Assembly: GCA_963826785.1 (NCBI GenBank)
Contig: CAWGYD010000008.1
Span: forward strand, 449,971 to 513,970
Length of the DNA: 64,000 nucleotides
Direction: 5' to 3'
Origin: an uncultured delta proteobacterium
Lineage (GTDB): Bacteria; Desulfobacterota; Desulfobacteria; Desulfobacterales; Desulfosalsimonadaceae
The notes beneath the pieces were generated by a model that saw nothing but the letters and a program-made list of their open reading frames with translations, was not told the origin of the DNA and did not search any database. Positions 1 through 8,803 of the stretch are shown piece after piece (the first letter of the stretch is position 1; each line of letters opens with the position of its first letter). The position numbers were made by a program, and so were the translations under genes.

Positions 1-137
1 ACCGCCTGGTTGCCCTGCTGCGTCTCCATCCCTTCTTCACCACCGTCTCCGGATTGTGCCCGGGCAGACGCACCCGGCTGCACCAGCACCAGAATGGAAA
101 ACAGGCTTACCCACAAGATCCGCATCACCATGTTCAT
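1..137 (-). CDS. N-terminus of an exported protein (runs off the window edge)
   Basis: AAGGAGG RBS then ATG at 137; MNMVMRILWVSLFSILVLVQPGASARA resembles a Sec signal peptide; frame open to position 1. Confidence 0.6.
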   Translation of the reverse strand, partial: MNMVMRILWVSLFSILVLVQPGASARAQSGDGGEEGMETQQGNQA

Positions 138-257
138 GGTCGACCTCCTTTTTAAATTTTTAATGACAAAATGAAACGGGTTGTCTTCAGCTGCTTGAAA
201 ATTGAGAAGATTCGCTTGATAATAATTAGTAACCACCCACTTGATGATGATCAAATG

Positions 258-305
258 CAAGCGGCCCGGGCGAATTTCACCCGGGCCGCTTGTCTGTTTT
301 TTTTT
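258..305. terminator. GC-rich hairpin with T tract
   Basis: CAAGCGGCCCGGG-9nt-CCCGGGCCGCTTG followed by a T run on +; lies just downstream of the 336-1208 gene. Confidence 0.6.
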
Positions 306-335
306 GTAAAACCAATGGGAGTGGGAATACTTGCT

Positions 336-1208
336 TTACCGAAAGGAAAGGCCGGCTCGAATAAACCAGGTGTCCTCCAGGTCTGCATCAACCGCGTCAT
401 AAAGATCCAATTTGATATGGCGCCCGATTTCAGCGCCCCCGGAAAGGCCGATCCATAAATGTTGTCCCAGCCGGAATTCAAGACCGGCGCCGGTTTGCCA
501 GCTTTCAAATTCAAAATCGGCGTCCTGGCCGTCAAACAGTTCAACATTCCATTCATTTCCGCCCGGTTCGACAAAAAGATACAACAGAAGATCCGGAGTC
601 CATCTCCAGGTGGCCGAGGGGTTGGGAAACATTAAATTAACGTGCAGTTTGTCCGAGGCCGTCCATTTCAGGCCGCCCACCGGGTAAACCTGATCTTCCC
701 CGAATGCTTGTCCGTAGGCCGCACCGATGACCAGAAATTGTTTCGGACCGAGTTCGTAATTATAATAGATGCCGCCGGGTACATTGAAATCATCGCCGGA
801 GACGTCATTGAAATCGGAAAAAATTCCCGGCGCAAGCGTCAACTGAAAAACCGACCGGCCATTTGCCTGCCACATCATTGTCAGCGGGATCTGCAGGGAA
901 TAGACATCGATTGAAGCGTAATAAGGGCCATTGAAATCAAAATACCTTGAATTAGACCGCATGCCGGCAAAGAATCGATAAGCGCCCTTCGCCCCGGTAT
1001 AAAATGGGAACCAGAAATCAAATTCCAGCAGATCGACCTGGGTCCCGTCGCTGTGTTCAAGTTCGGCATCCCCCCGGAAGGTATAGGCGATCCCCGCCTG
1101 AACCAGGGGTTCGTGGGGGCTGGGCGGGAGCGCAAACAGAATTTGCGGAAAGAACAGAACCAGCAGGCCGGTGACAAACCCCCATCTGAAATATGGATGC
1201 CCCTTCAT
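336..1208 (-). CDS. Outer-membrane beta-barrel protein (DUF6268-like)
   Basis: Signal peptide, alternating aromatic beta-strands, YPVGGLKW/LMFPNP segment, C-terminal IRAGLSFR beta-signal. Confidence 0.65.
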   Translation of the reverse strand: MKGHPYFRWGFVTGLLVLFFPQILFALPPSPHEPLVQAGIAYTFRGDAELEHSDGTQVDLLEFDFWFPFYTGAKGAYRFFAGMRSNSRYFDFNGPYYASIDVYSLQIPLTMMWQANGRSVFQLTLAPGIFSDFNDVSGDDFNVPGGIYYNYELGPKQFLVIGAAYGQAFGEDQVYPVGGLKWTASDKLHVNLMFPNPSATWRWTPDLLLYLFVEPGGNEWNVELFDGQDADFEFESWQTGAGLEFRLGQHLWIGLSGGAEIGRHIKLDLYDAVDADLEDTWFIRAGLSFR

Positions 1209-1311
1209 AATCTTCTCCCTGAGTTTGATGAAGCCGTAAAAAGCATTGTACCCCGCCGTGCGGTATTTTTGCAGTCAGGAACTTGCGAATCCTAACGGCC
1301 TTCGGCCAGTA

Positions 1312-1419
1312 CACCCCCCCTTTATTATCCTCTCGAGGGGGGACTCCTTTTTTCATTCCCCCTGCGAGGGGGACTCCTTTTTTTATTCCCCCCTGCGAGG
1401 GGGGATCAAGGGGGGTGTC
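1312..1419. repeat. REP-like element with three tandem ~30-bp palindromic units
   Basis: Units of the form TTxTTCCCCCTGCGAGGGGGACTCCTT repeated three times, ending GGGGGGATCAAGGGGGGTGT; related copy at 58732-58773. Confidence 0.65.
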
Positions 1420-1452
1420 GGACGGGCGGAGGGGGTTAGCCATGGAAATCCC

Positions 1453-2298
1453 CTATTTTGTCTGCACCGGAGTTTCAGGCTGGCGCGCTGACCAGCCCGC
1501 CTCTATGCGGTCGAAACCGTCTGTCTTGATCCGTTTAAAGGCCTTTCCGCTCCACTCCCATGAGTGGACATCCACGTGATCGGGTTCAATGGCGATGAAA
1601 TTAAATCCGTTGGGCACCCCGCTTCTCAGCCGGCTGCTGGTGGCGGTCGACGCCTGGACACACAGCATGCTGCGCTTGATTAAGGTATGGAAGGCAGAAA
1701 TATCACCGCTGTAGCTCAGATGAAGATGCCCGCCCAGGAGCAGGTCGATTTCCAGTTCCGCAAAAACCGAAAGCGCGCGCCGGGCATGCCGGACCAGATA
1801 GGTCCGGGGTCTTTGGGGCGGCGGCAGAAAGGGATGATGGGTAAACACGATCTTGACCCGCCCCGCGCCGACCCGATTAAAAAAATCTTTCACCATCTCC
1901 AGTTGATCGATTGAGAAATCGCCCTCCTTCCAGGTCCAGTGCGGCACCCAGGATCGGGCCGTGTTGACGCCCATGATGGCGATCTCATGGTCATGATACC
2001 GGGGATTGAGCGATTCACTGATAAATTTCCGGAACCGGCGATACGGGTCCGTGAAGCGTTCCAGCAAATTGACATAGGGCAGATCATGATTTCCCGGAAT
2101 CACCATGTGGGGTACGGGCAGACGGTCGATGAACGCACGGGCTTGCCGCCATTCCCGCGGGCGGGAGCGCATGGTGAGATCGCCGCTGATGATGCACAGA
2201 TCCGGACGGGCAATCCCGATTTGAGTTTCGAGCTGTTCCACGATATCTGGCGTAATCCTGCCGAAATGCAGGTCCGTGATGTGGATCAGGGTCTTCAT
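1453..2298 (-). CDS. Calcineurin-like metallophosphoesterase (Icc/CpdA-like)
   Basis: Motifs TDLHFG, SGDLT, PGNHD, THHP, GGHLH. Confidence 0.9.
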   Translation of the reverse strand: MKTLIHITDLHFGRITPDIVEQLETQIGIARPDLCIISGDLTMRSRPREWRQARAFIDRLPVPHMVIPGNHDLPYVNLLERFTDPYRRFRKFISESLNPRYHDHEIAIMGVNTARSWVPHWTWKEGDFSIDQLEMVKDFFNRVGAGRVKIVFTHHPFLPPPQRPRTYLVRHARRALSVFAELEIDLLLGGHLHLSYSGDISAFHTLIKRSMLCVQASTATSSRLRSGVPNGFNFIAIEPDHVDVHSWEWSGKAFKRIKTDGFDRIEAGWSARQPETPVQTK

Positions 2299-3258
2299 GG
2301 TTCATCCCCAAGTTGGGTATCTTCATTCTCCTGCCATAACAGCCGATCGGCCGTGTTCGCCGGCATCAGGACCTTCAAGGCGCGAGGATGGATCCGGAAG
2401 TTCAGTGGCGGGGCAAAATCGAGCAGTTCCCCATCCGTTGCCGTGGTGATCGTCTTTCTGCGGCGAGGAGAGGGACACCTGATCCGTCGAATAAGCCGCC
2501 AGGTCGCTTTCGCTCTCCCAGGTGCCCAGAAAAAGCCGCAAGGCCAGGCGAAGCGTTTCCATGCGCGTGGACTCCCGGGCCACATAAACAGACAGCTTGG
2601 CGGCATCCAGCGTCACGGGATGGGGAAACAATGCATATGCATTGTGGTATTCGTTATTGCATACCGCCACACCTAAAACGTTCATGGATTTTGCGCTGCC
2701 ATTCATCTGCAGGTGGACCTGAATGCGGGGGTTTTGCTTCAGCAGGGTAAAAGCGGTCTGGAACAGCTTTTTGAACCGGCTGGCCAATGACTTTCCCCGG
2801 ACGTGTTCACGCTGCCGCATCAAAGGCGGCAGAATTCCCATGATGCAGTTGCACAGGTAGGGACGGCCCTCCACCTCAGCGTAATCCACCCGGCGGATCA
2901 CCCCTTTTGCCAGAACGTGGGCCGCCTGAGCAGGATCGAGCGGGATCCCGAGATCCTGGGCATACAGGTTCAGCGTGCCCATGGGAAGAATGCCCAGCAC
3001 CTTTCCGGCCCGGGACAGCGCCACTGCCGCCGCATTGATGGTGCCGTCTCCGCCGCCCACAACGATGATTTCATCTTTACCGTTTACCGCCGCATCGATG
3101 GCCGCACCGATATCCCTGCCGGTGCGGACCTGCAGGTCGGCATCGATGCCCTCTTCGGCAAAGGCTTTGGAAATGGCTTCTAAAAGCAGACCGCCCTTGC
3201 GTCCGACCAGCGCGCCGGACCTGCCGTTGATGATGACCTTGAGGGTTGTAATATGCAT
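2295..3258 (-). CDS. Diacylglycerol kinase family lipid kinase (YegS/BmrU-like); frameshift near 2470
   Basis: NGRSG, GGGDGT, LPMGTLN motifs; the family C-terminus (TDGELLDFAPPLNFRIHPRALKVLMP) is in a second frame whose stop overlaps the next ATG. Confidence 0.85.
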
Positions 3259-3718
3259 GTCACAATTTAAAGCAGATGGGCCAAAGCGGTCTTTTGGGAC
3301 CGCAGCAGCAAAATTCAGTATTATTCAGTGATGATCCAAAAATGAACAGCATGCCGATGCCTGTCAATTTTACGTGACCTTCAAAGATTATACAAGCCGC
3401 TTAAATTAGAAGTCGTTTTTTCTCCGATGGACGCTGTGCGTTTCGCATTCACATGGTCTTGCCGGATGCGCTTGAGCGCGCTGCCGCCCGGTTGTATTTA
3501 AAGCGATCCCGATTCAAAACACAAACCATCAAAGTCCTTTTCTACTTTCTGCAATATAGGGTCTATACCTTATTTACATACGACCGCATGGTTATGTAAA
3601 GTTTTAATGATCTCAGATAAATAGTGCATGAACGAATCACGCCCCGGCGATGATCCGCATCTTCGTTCAAGCGCTGACTATAAGAATTTCACCACCTTTT
3701 TGCACGGGTAAAAAAAAG

Positions 3719-5218
3719 ATGACGCACACTGGAGCAGAGAAGGCGCCAAAACCGCGGTTGATGGTGGTATCCAACCGCCTGCCCATCATCCTGGATCAGA
3801 ACGAACAGGGCGAGTGGCAGGCCCGGCCGGGTTCGGGGGGATTGGTGACGGCGCTGGCCCCCGTTCTCAAAAATCGGGGCGGATTATGGATCGGCTGGCC
3901 GGGCGTTACGCAATTTCCGGAAAATGAACTGGAAAAGGCCATGGCCGAAGCGGCCATTGCATCCGGATTCAATCTCAAGCCGGTGGAACTGACTGAACTG
4001 GAAAGAGAAAAATACTACCGGGGAGCTGCCAATGAGATGATCTGGCCGCTGTTTCATGACATGCCCGGCCGGTGTAATTTCGATCCTTCGTACTGGCCTT
4101 TCTATGAGCAGGTCAATCGCAAATTCGCCGAAAAAATTGTCGAAAACATCGAAAAGGGTGATTTTATATGGGTGCATGATTATCACCTCATGGACGTGGG
4201 AAATGAATTGAGAAGTCTGGGGGTAAAGGATAAAACCGCTTTTTTCCTGCATATCCCATTCCCACCCCCCGATATTTTCATGCGGCTGCCCTGGCGGTTC
4301 GATCTGCTGCGCGCCCTTCTGGCCTACGACCTGATCGGCCTTCAGACCCTGCGCGATCAGCGCAACTTCATCCAGTGCGTCCGAAAAAACATCAAAACCG
4401 TTTCAGTTCATGGCCGGGGCCATGTGCTGACGCTCGATTTCGGTGAGCGCCAGGTCCGGGTGGGGGCATTTCCCATCAGCATCGACTACCATGATTTCGC
4501 TTCGACCGCCGACAGCAAGGAGGTGGCGAACAAGGCGTGGTACATACACGAGCAGATGCCGGGGGTGAACATCATCCTGGGCATCGACCGGCTCGATTAC
4601 TCAAAGGGGATCCTGGAGCGGATAAAGGCATTCCAGTATGCGCTTTCCCGCTATCCCGAACTGCTGGAAAAGGTCATCCTGGTCCAGGTGGTGGTCCCCA
4701 GCCGGCGCAACATTCCCGAATACGAAGATCTTAAAATCGAAATCGAGCGGCTGGTGGGCGAAGTCAACGGAGAATTCACCCGGTTTGACTGGGTGCCTAT
4801 CCATTATATTTTCCGCAGCCTCACCCGGACCGAACTGCTGGCCTACTACCGGACCTCGGAAATCGCCCTGATTACGCCCTTAAAGGATGGCATGAACCTG
4901 ATCGCAAAAGAGTTCTGCGCCTCCAGCATCGAGGAGAACTGTGTTTTAATCCTGAGCGAATTTGCCGGCGCGGCCGCCCAACTCCAGAAGAACGCCCTGA
5001 TGGTCAACCCCCACGATCAGCAGGGGGTGGCCGAGGCCATCTACCGGGCCTTTAAAATGGCTCCGGAAGAACGCAGGGAGCGGATGCGGCAGTTGCGCAA
5101 AAATATCGAGAAGACCGATATTTACTGGTGGGTCAATTCCTTCCTGCAGGCCTCCATTGCCAAAACCCTGAACAATTTCTCCCGTCCGGAAGATTACCGG
5201 CCCCAGTTCGAATTGTAG
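3719..5218 (+). CDS. otsA: Trehalose-6-phosphate synthase (GT20)
   Basis: [57 protein letters not shown]; start uncertain (3650-3719). Confidence 0.92.
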   Translation: MTHTGAEKAPKPRLMVVSNRLPIILDQNEQGEWQARPGSGGLVTALAPVLKNRGGLWIGWPGVTQFPENELEKAMAEAAIASGFNLKPVELTELEREKYYRGAANEMIWPLFHDMPGRCNFDPSYWPFYEQVNRKFAEKIVENIEKGDFIWVHDYHLMDVGNELRSLGVKDKTAFFLHIPFPPPDIFMRLPWRFDLLRALLAYDLIGLQTLRDQRNFIQCVRKNIKTVSVHGRGHVLTLDFGERQVRVGAFPISIDYHDFASTADSKEVANKAWYIHEQMPGVNIILGIDRLDYSKGILERIKAFQYALSRYPELLEKVILVQVVVPSRRNIPEYEDLKIEIERLVGEVNGEFTRFDWVPIHYIFRSLTRTELLAYYRTSEIALITPLKDGMNLIAKEFCASSIEENCVLILSEFAGAAAQLQKNALMVNPHDQQGVAEAIYRAFKMAPEERRERMRQLRKNIEKTDIYWWVNSFLQASIAKTLNNFSRPEDYRPQFEL

Positions 5219-5401
5219 ACAACCCCGGCACGCCAGTATCGTCTCCCTATTCAAGAATATTGCGAAAATTCGAAGGATAATCTAACATTAAAGTCACGCG
5301 TTCAGACGACCGGTTCACCGGAAGCGGGCAGTTGCAATTTAATTGAATCTGCCTATTGTTTTTTACGACACGAACTATACGATTAGACAAAGGAATCGGA
5401 C

Positions 5402-6331
5402 ATGGAGAAAGCCGTCCTGAACCGGGCCCTGCCCCGCCGGCTGAAGCTGTTTCTGGCCCTGTCCCGCACCCCTCACGGGATTCTGGATATGGCCACGCCC
5501 GCCTTTGCCGTACTGCTCTATCTGGGCGCCTTTCCGCAGCCCCAAGTGATAATGATCGGCCTGATGACCGCATTTGCCGGGTACACCGCGGTGTATGCCT
5601 TAAACGATGTGGTGGATTACCGCTCCGACCGGGAGAAGTCGGGCCATGAAATGGCGATTCCGGAAAATTACCTGGATGCCGTCGGCGTGCGGCATCCCAT
5701 GGCACAGGGCCTGCTGAGTATCCGCGACGGCATCATCTGGGCGGCCGGCTGGTCCGTTGTGGCGCTGATCGGGGCCTGGCTGCTCAATCCCATGTGCGTG
5801 GCGGTATTTTTGACCGGTGCAGCGCTGGAGGTGATTTACTGCGTTTTGTGGCGGGTCAGTCCCTGGCGGGCGGTGGTGAGCGGAATGGTCAAAAACAGCG
5901 GGGCGATTGCCGCCCTTTTTGCCGTGGACCCCACGCCCTCGGTTTCCTTTACGCTGGCTTTATTCCTGTGCCTGTTCTTCTGGGAGATCGGGGGACAGAA
6001 TATCCCGGCGGACTGGACGGACCTGAAAATGGATCGCTTCTATAAAGCCCAGACGATCCCGGTGCGGCTGGGCGCCCGGACATCTGCCCGGCTTGCCCTT
6101 GCCTCTCTCAGCCTTGCGGTGATTTTCGCCATTGTCCTGTTCGCCCGGGCCTTTCCGAATGTGCGTTGGACTGTTTCCGCCGCAGTGTTTCTGATGGGCA
6201 CGGCCCTTTTGATCGCACCCGCTTTCCGGCTGGTCCGGGCCGGGTCACGGGATGCGGCCATGGCCCTGTTCAATAAAGCCAGTTACTTCCCCCCCGCCCT
6301 GCTGGCAATTTCCATGATTGCGATTTTGTAA
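5402..6331 (+). CDS. UbiA-family prenyltransferase (divergent)
   Basis: Multi-TM; NDVVDYRSD and DWTDLKMD...TIPVRLG Asp-rich motifs; RHPMAQG loop. Confidence 0.85.
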   Translation: MEKAVLNRALPRRLKLFLALSRTPHGILDMATPAFAVLLYLGAFPQPQVIMIGLMTAFAGYTAVYALNDVVDYRSDREKSGHEMAIPENYLDAVGVRHPMAQGLLSIRDGIIWAAGWSVVALIGAWLLNPMCVAVFLTGAALEVIYCVLWRVSPWRAVVSGMVKNSGAIAALFAVDPTPSVSFTLALFLCLFFWEIGGQNIPADWTDLKMDRFYKAQTIPVRLGARTSARLALASLSLAVIFAIVLFARAFPNVRWTVSAAVFLMGTALLIAPAFRLVRAGSRDAAMALFNKASYFPPALLAISMIAIL

Positions 6332-6382
6332 GTATTTCTCGCCAGACTTTGCGGTCCTGGAAAAAATAATCAATCAAAAGAA

Positions 6383-7195
6383 TTACTTGGTGGCCACATG
6401 CACCGCGGCGATGCCGTTCATCAGGCGTTTGTAATGGACATTTCTGAACCCGATGGTTTCGAGCATCTCTTTTAACTCGTCGGGAAGCGCAAACATGCGG
6501 ATGGTTTCGGAAAGGCAGGCATACGATCGGCTGGATCCGGTGAGGATTCCGCCGACAAAGGGCATGATGGTAAACGAGTAGAAATCGTACAGGGTCCGGA
6601 ATACCGGGTTGACCGGTTTTGAAAATTCCAGGCACATGAAGGTGCCGCCGGGCTTGAGCACTCTGAACATTTCCGAAAACCCCTTCTGCAGGTGGGTGAG
6701 ATTGCGGATGCCGAATCCCACCGTGGCCGCATCAAAATGGTTTTCCGGAAATGTGATGTTCTCCGCATCCCCCTCCACATAACTGATCCGGTCTTCAAAT
6801 TTTCTGTTCTCCGGCCGGGTCTCCCCGGCGTGCATCATGGCCCGGTTGATGTCATAGACGCAAACCCATCCTTTAGGCCCCACTTTTCGGGCGGACAGCA
6901 CCGCAAGATCGCCGGTCCCGCCGCACACGTCGATCACCCTGTCCCCGGGTGAAAGCGCCATCATCCGGATGGCCTCCCGCTTCCAGGCATAATGGATGCC
7001 GAAGCTCAGCACCGTATTTAAAAAATCGTATTTCGGCGCCACCTTGTTGAAATGGTCCAGGACCGCGCGTCTCTTTTCTTCGGTCCGAAATTCCTTCAGG
7101 CCGAACCATGCTTTTCCGGCCTGGTCCACATAGTGGTCAAACATCTTTTCCCGCTGGTCTTCTTTCAGCCAGCCCGGATTTTTCCATAATTCCAT
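6383..7195 (-). CDS. ubiE: UbiE/MenG quinone C-methyltransferase
   Basis: FNKVAPKYDFLNTVLSFGIH, DVCGGTGD, GFGIRN, LKPGG..CLEFS, YACLSETIRMF. Confidence 0.9.
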   Translation of the reverse strand: MELWKNPGWLKEDQREKMFDHYVDQAGKAWFGLKEFRTEEKRRAVLDHFNKVAPKYDFLNTVLSFGIHYAWKREAIRMMALSPGDRVIDVCGGTGDLAVLSARKVGPKGWVCVYDINRAMMHAGETRPENRKFEDRISYVEGDAENITFPENHFDAATVGFGIRNLTHLQKGFSEMFRVLKPGGTFMCLEFSKPVNPVFRTLYDFYSFTIMPFVGGILTGSSRSYACLSETIRMFALPDELKEMLETIGFRNVHYKRLMNGIAAVHVATK

Positions 7196-7211
7196 TTTTC
7201 AGCTTTTTTCC

Positions 7212-7922
7212 CTATGTTGGTTTACTCAAATGCATCAGGTAATTGACTTTTTGAATCCGCGTGAACCCGGTGCGGCGGATAAACGGCAAATAGTAAAACC
7301 CCCTGACATCCCTTACCGCCAAGCCGGCGGCTTTTGCCATTTCCGCCACCTTTGCCGGTCGGATGAATTTGGAATACGCGTGCGTTCCTTTTTCCACGAT
7401 GCCCAGGACCCGCTCTGCCATCACGATCGCCAGCAGCCAGGCGGCAAAGGTCCGGTTGAGGGTGGCGATGAAGACCTGCCCGCCGGGCCTGACCAGAAGC
7501 GCGCAGGCATGAAGAATCGATGCCGGGTCCGGAATATGCTCCAGCAGTTCCATGCAGGTAACGGCGTCAAAGGACTCCGGTGATTTCTCGGCCAGATCTT
7601 CTGCGGAAATCCGGCGATAATCAACCGCCACGCCGCTGATCCCCATATGCGTCCGGGCGGCCGACAAAGCCGATTCCGCAAGATCGATCCCGGTCACCTC
7701 CGCCCCGGCAGCGGCCATGGCTTCGGCCAGGATGCCGCCGCCGCAGCCCACATCCAGGATCTGTTTGTTCCGGATATCAAGCCGGTTCTGGATATAGGCC
7801 AGCCGCAGCGGATTGATGTCGTGCAGGGCCGCAAGCGGACCCTTTCGGTCCCACCAGAGAGAAGCCTGGCTTTCAAACCGGGCCACCTCATCGGGATCCA
7901 TATTGTATTGAGCCGAAGGCAT
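7212..7922 (-). CDS. ubiG: UbiG-type O-methyltransferase
   Basis: NMDPDEVARF..WWDRKGPLAALHDINPLRLAYI, LDVGCGGGILAEAMA, CMELLEHIPDP, ATLNRT, GTHAYSKFIRP. Confidence 0.88.
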   Translation of the reverse strand: MPSAQYNMDPDEVARFESQASLWWDRKGPLAALHDINPLRLAYIQNRLDIRNKQILDVGCGGGILAEAMAAAGAEVTGIDLAESALSAARTHMGISGVAVDYRRISAEDLAEKSPESFDAVTCMELLEHIPDPASILHACALLVRPGGQVFIATLNRTFAAWLLAIVMAERVLGIVEKGTHAYSKFIRPAKVAEMAKAAGLAVRDVRGFYYLPFIRRTGFTRIQKVNYLMHLSKPT

Positions 7923-8768
7923 CTATGCCACCGGCAACCCGGTTTCTTTAAACACCGGGGAAAGAAATTCCACGGATTTTTTTCCGGCAATCTCGGGGCC
8001 GTGCGCATAGGTATAAAGCTCAAGCGACATATCCCCGTCATAGCCCAGACGCTTCATGGCGGAAAAAACCGCCCCAAAATCGATGGCCCCATCTCCCGGC
8101 ACCAGGTGATGGTGGATGCGGCTTTGGCCGATATCTTCCACATGGACGTGGCCCACCCACTCGAAGAGGTCTTCGAATGCCGCTTCGGGGCGCTCCCCGG
8201 CGCAGAAAAAATGGCCGATATCGAAGTTGATCCCCACTGCGGGGGACCGCACATCTTTGATGAACGAGATAAATTCGGCACTCCTCTCGATGAGCAGGTC
8301 CGGTTCCGGTTCCACCAGCAGTTTCACCTTCAGCTCTTCCGCCAGGGGGATCACTTCTTCGAGTCCCTTGTGGAAAAGCGCCATGGCTTCATCCCTGGAC
8401 TGCCCGTCCAGGGGACCGCCCGGCGGCACGGAGATATTTTTGCACCCCAGGGTACGGGCGATCTGAAGACATTGCCTGGTATGAGAGACCCGTATTTGCC
8501 GGCGCTGCGGATCGGATTCGATCCATGACGGCAGGTAGGTGTTCCCCACGGCAAACAAGGTGAATGAATTTAAATTGGTGACGCATAGATCCAGTTTCTT
8601 CAGCAGGTCTCTGAGCCGCTCCAGTTGGGCGGCATCGTATTCCGGTGGGTAGAGATGGGGCTGATCGCACATGATCTCCACCCCGGAAAAACCAAGATCG
8701 GCAATTTTCTCCAATGCTTCGACAAGACCACATTGGGTAAAGGCATTGGTGCTGTAACCCAGTTTCAC
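7923..8768 (-). CDS. Xylose-isomerase-like TIM barrel (sugar phosphate isomerase/epimerase; IolE/IolI superfamily)
   Basis: GFSGVEI, LVEPEP, NFDIGH, HVHVED, HLVPGDGAIDF, GYDGDMSLE metal-binding motifs. Confidence 0.85.
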   Translation of the reverse strand: MKLGYSTNAFTQCGLVEALEKIADLGFSGVEIMCDQPHLYPPEYDAAQLERLRDLLKKLDLCVTNLNSFTLFAVGNTYLPSWIESDPQRRQIRVSHTRQCLQIARTLGCKNISVPPGGPLDGQSRDEAMALFHKGLEEVIPLAEELKVKLLVEPEPDLLIERSAEFISFIKDVRSPAVGINFDIGHFFCAGERPEAAFEDLFEWVGHVHVEDIGQSRIHHHLVPGDGAIDFGAVFSAMKRLGYDGDMSLELYTYAHGPEIAGKKSVEFLSPVFKETGLPVA

Positions 8769-8803
8769 GGTTTTTCGATTTCCTTTCCTTTAATAGTGCT
8801 GCT

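Noticed and set aside
1312..1419. CRISPR array
   Set aside because: Units are contiguous with no unique spacers, there are only three copies, and no cas genes are present.
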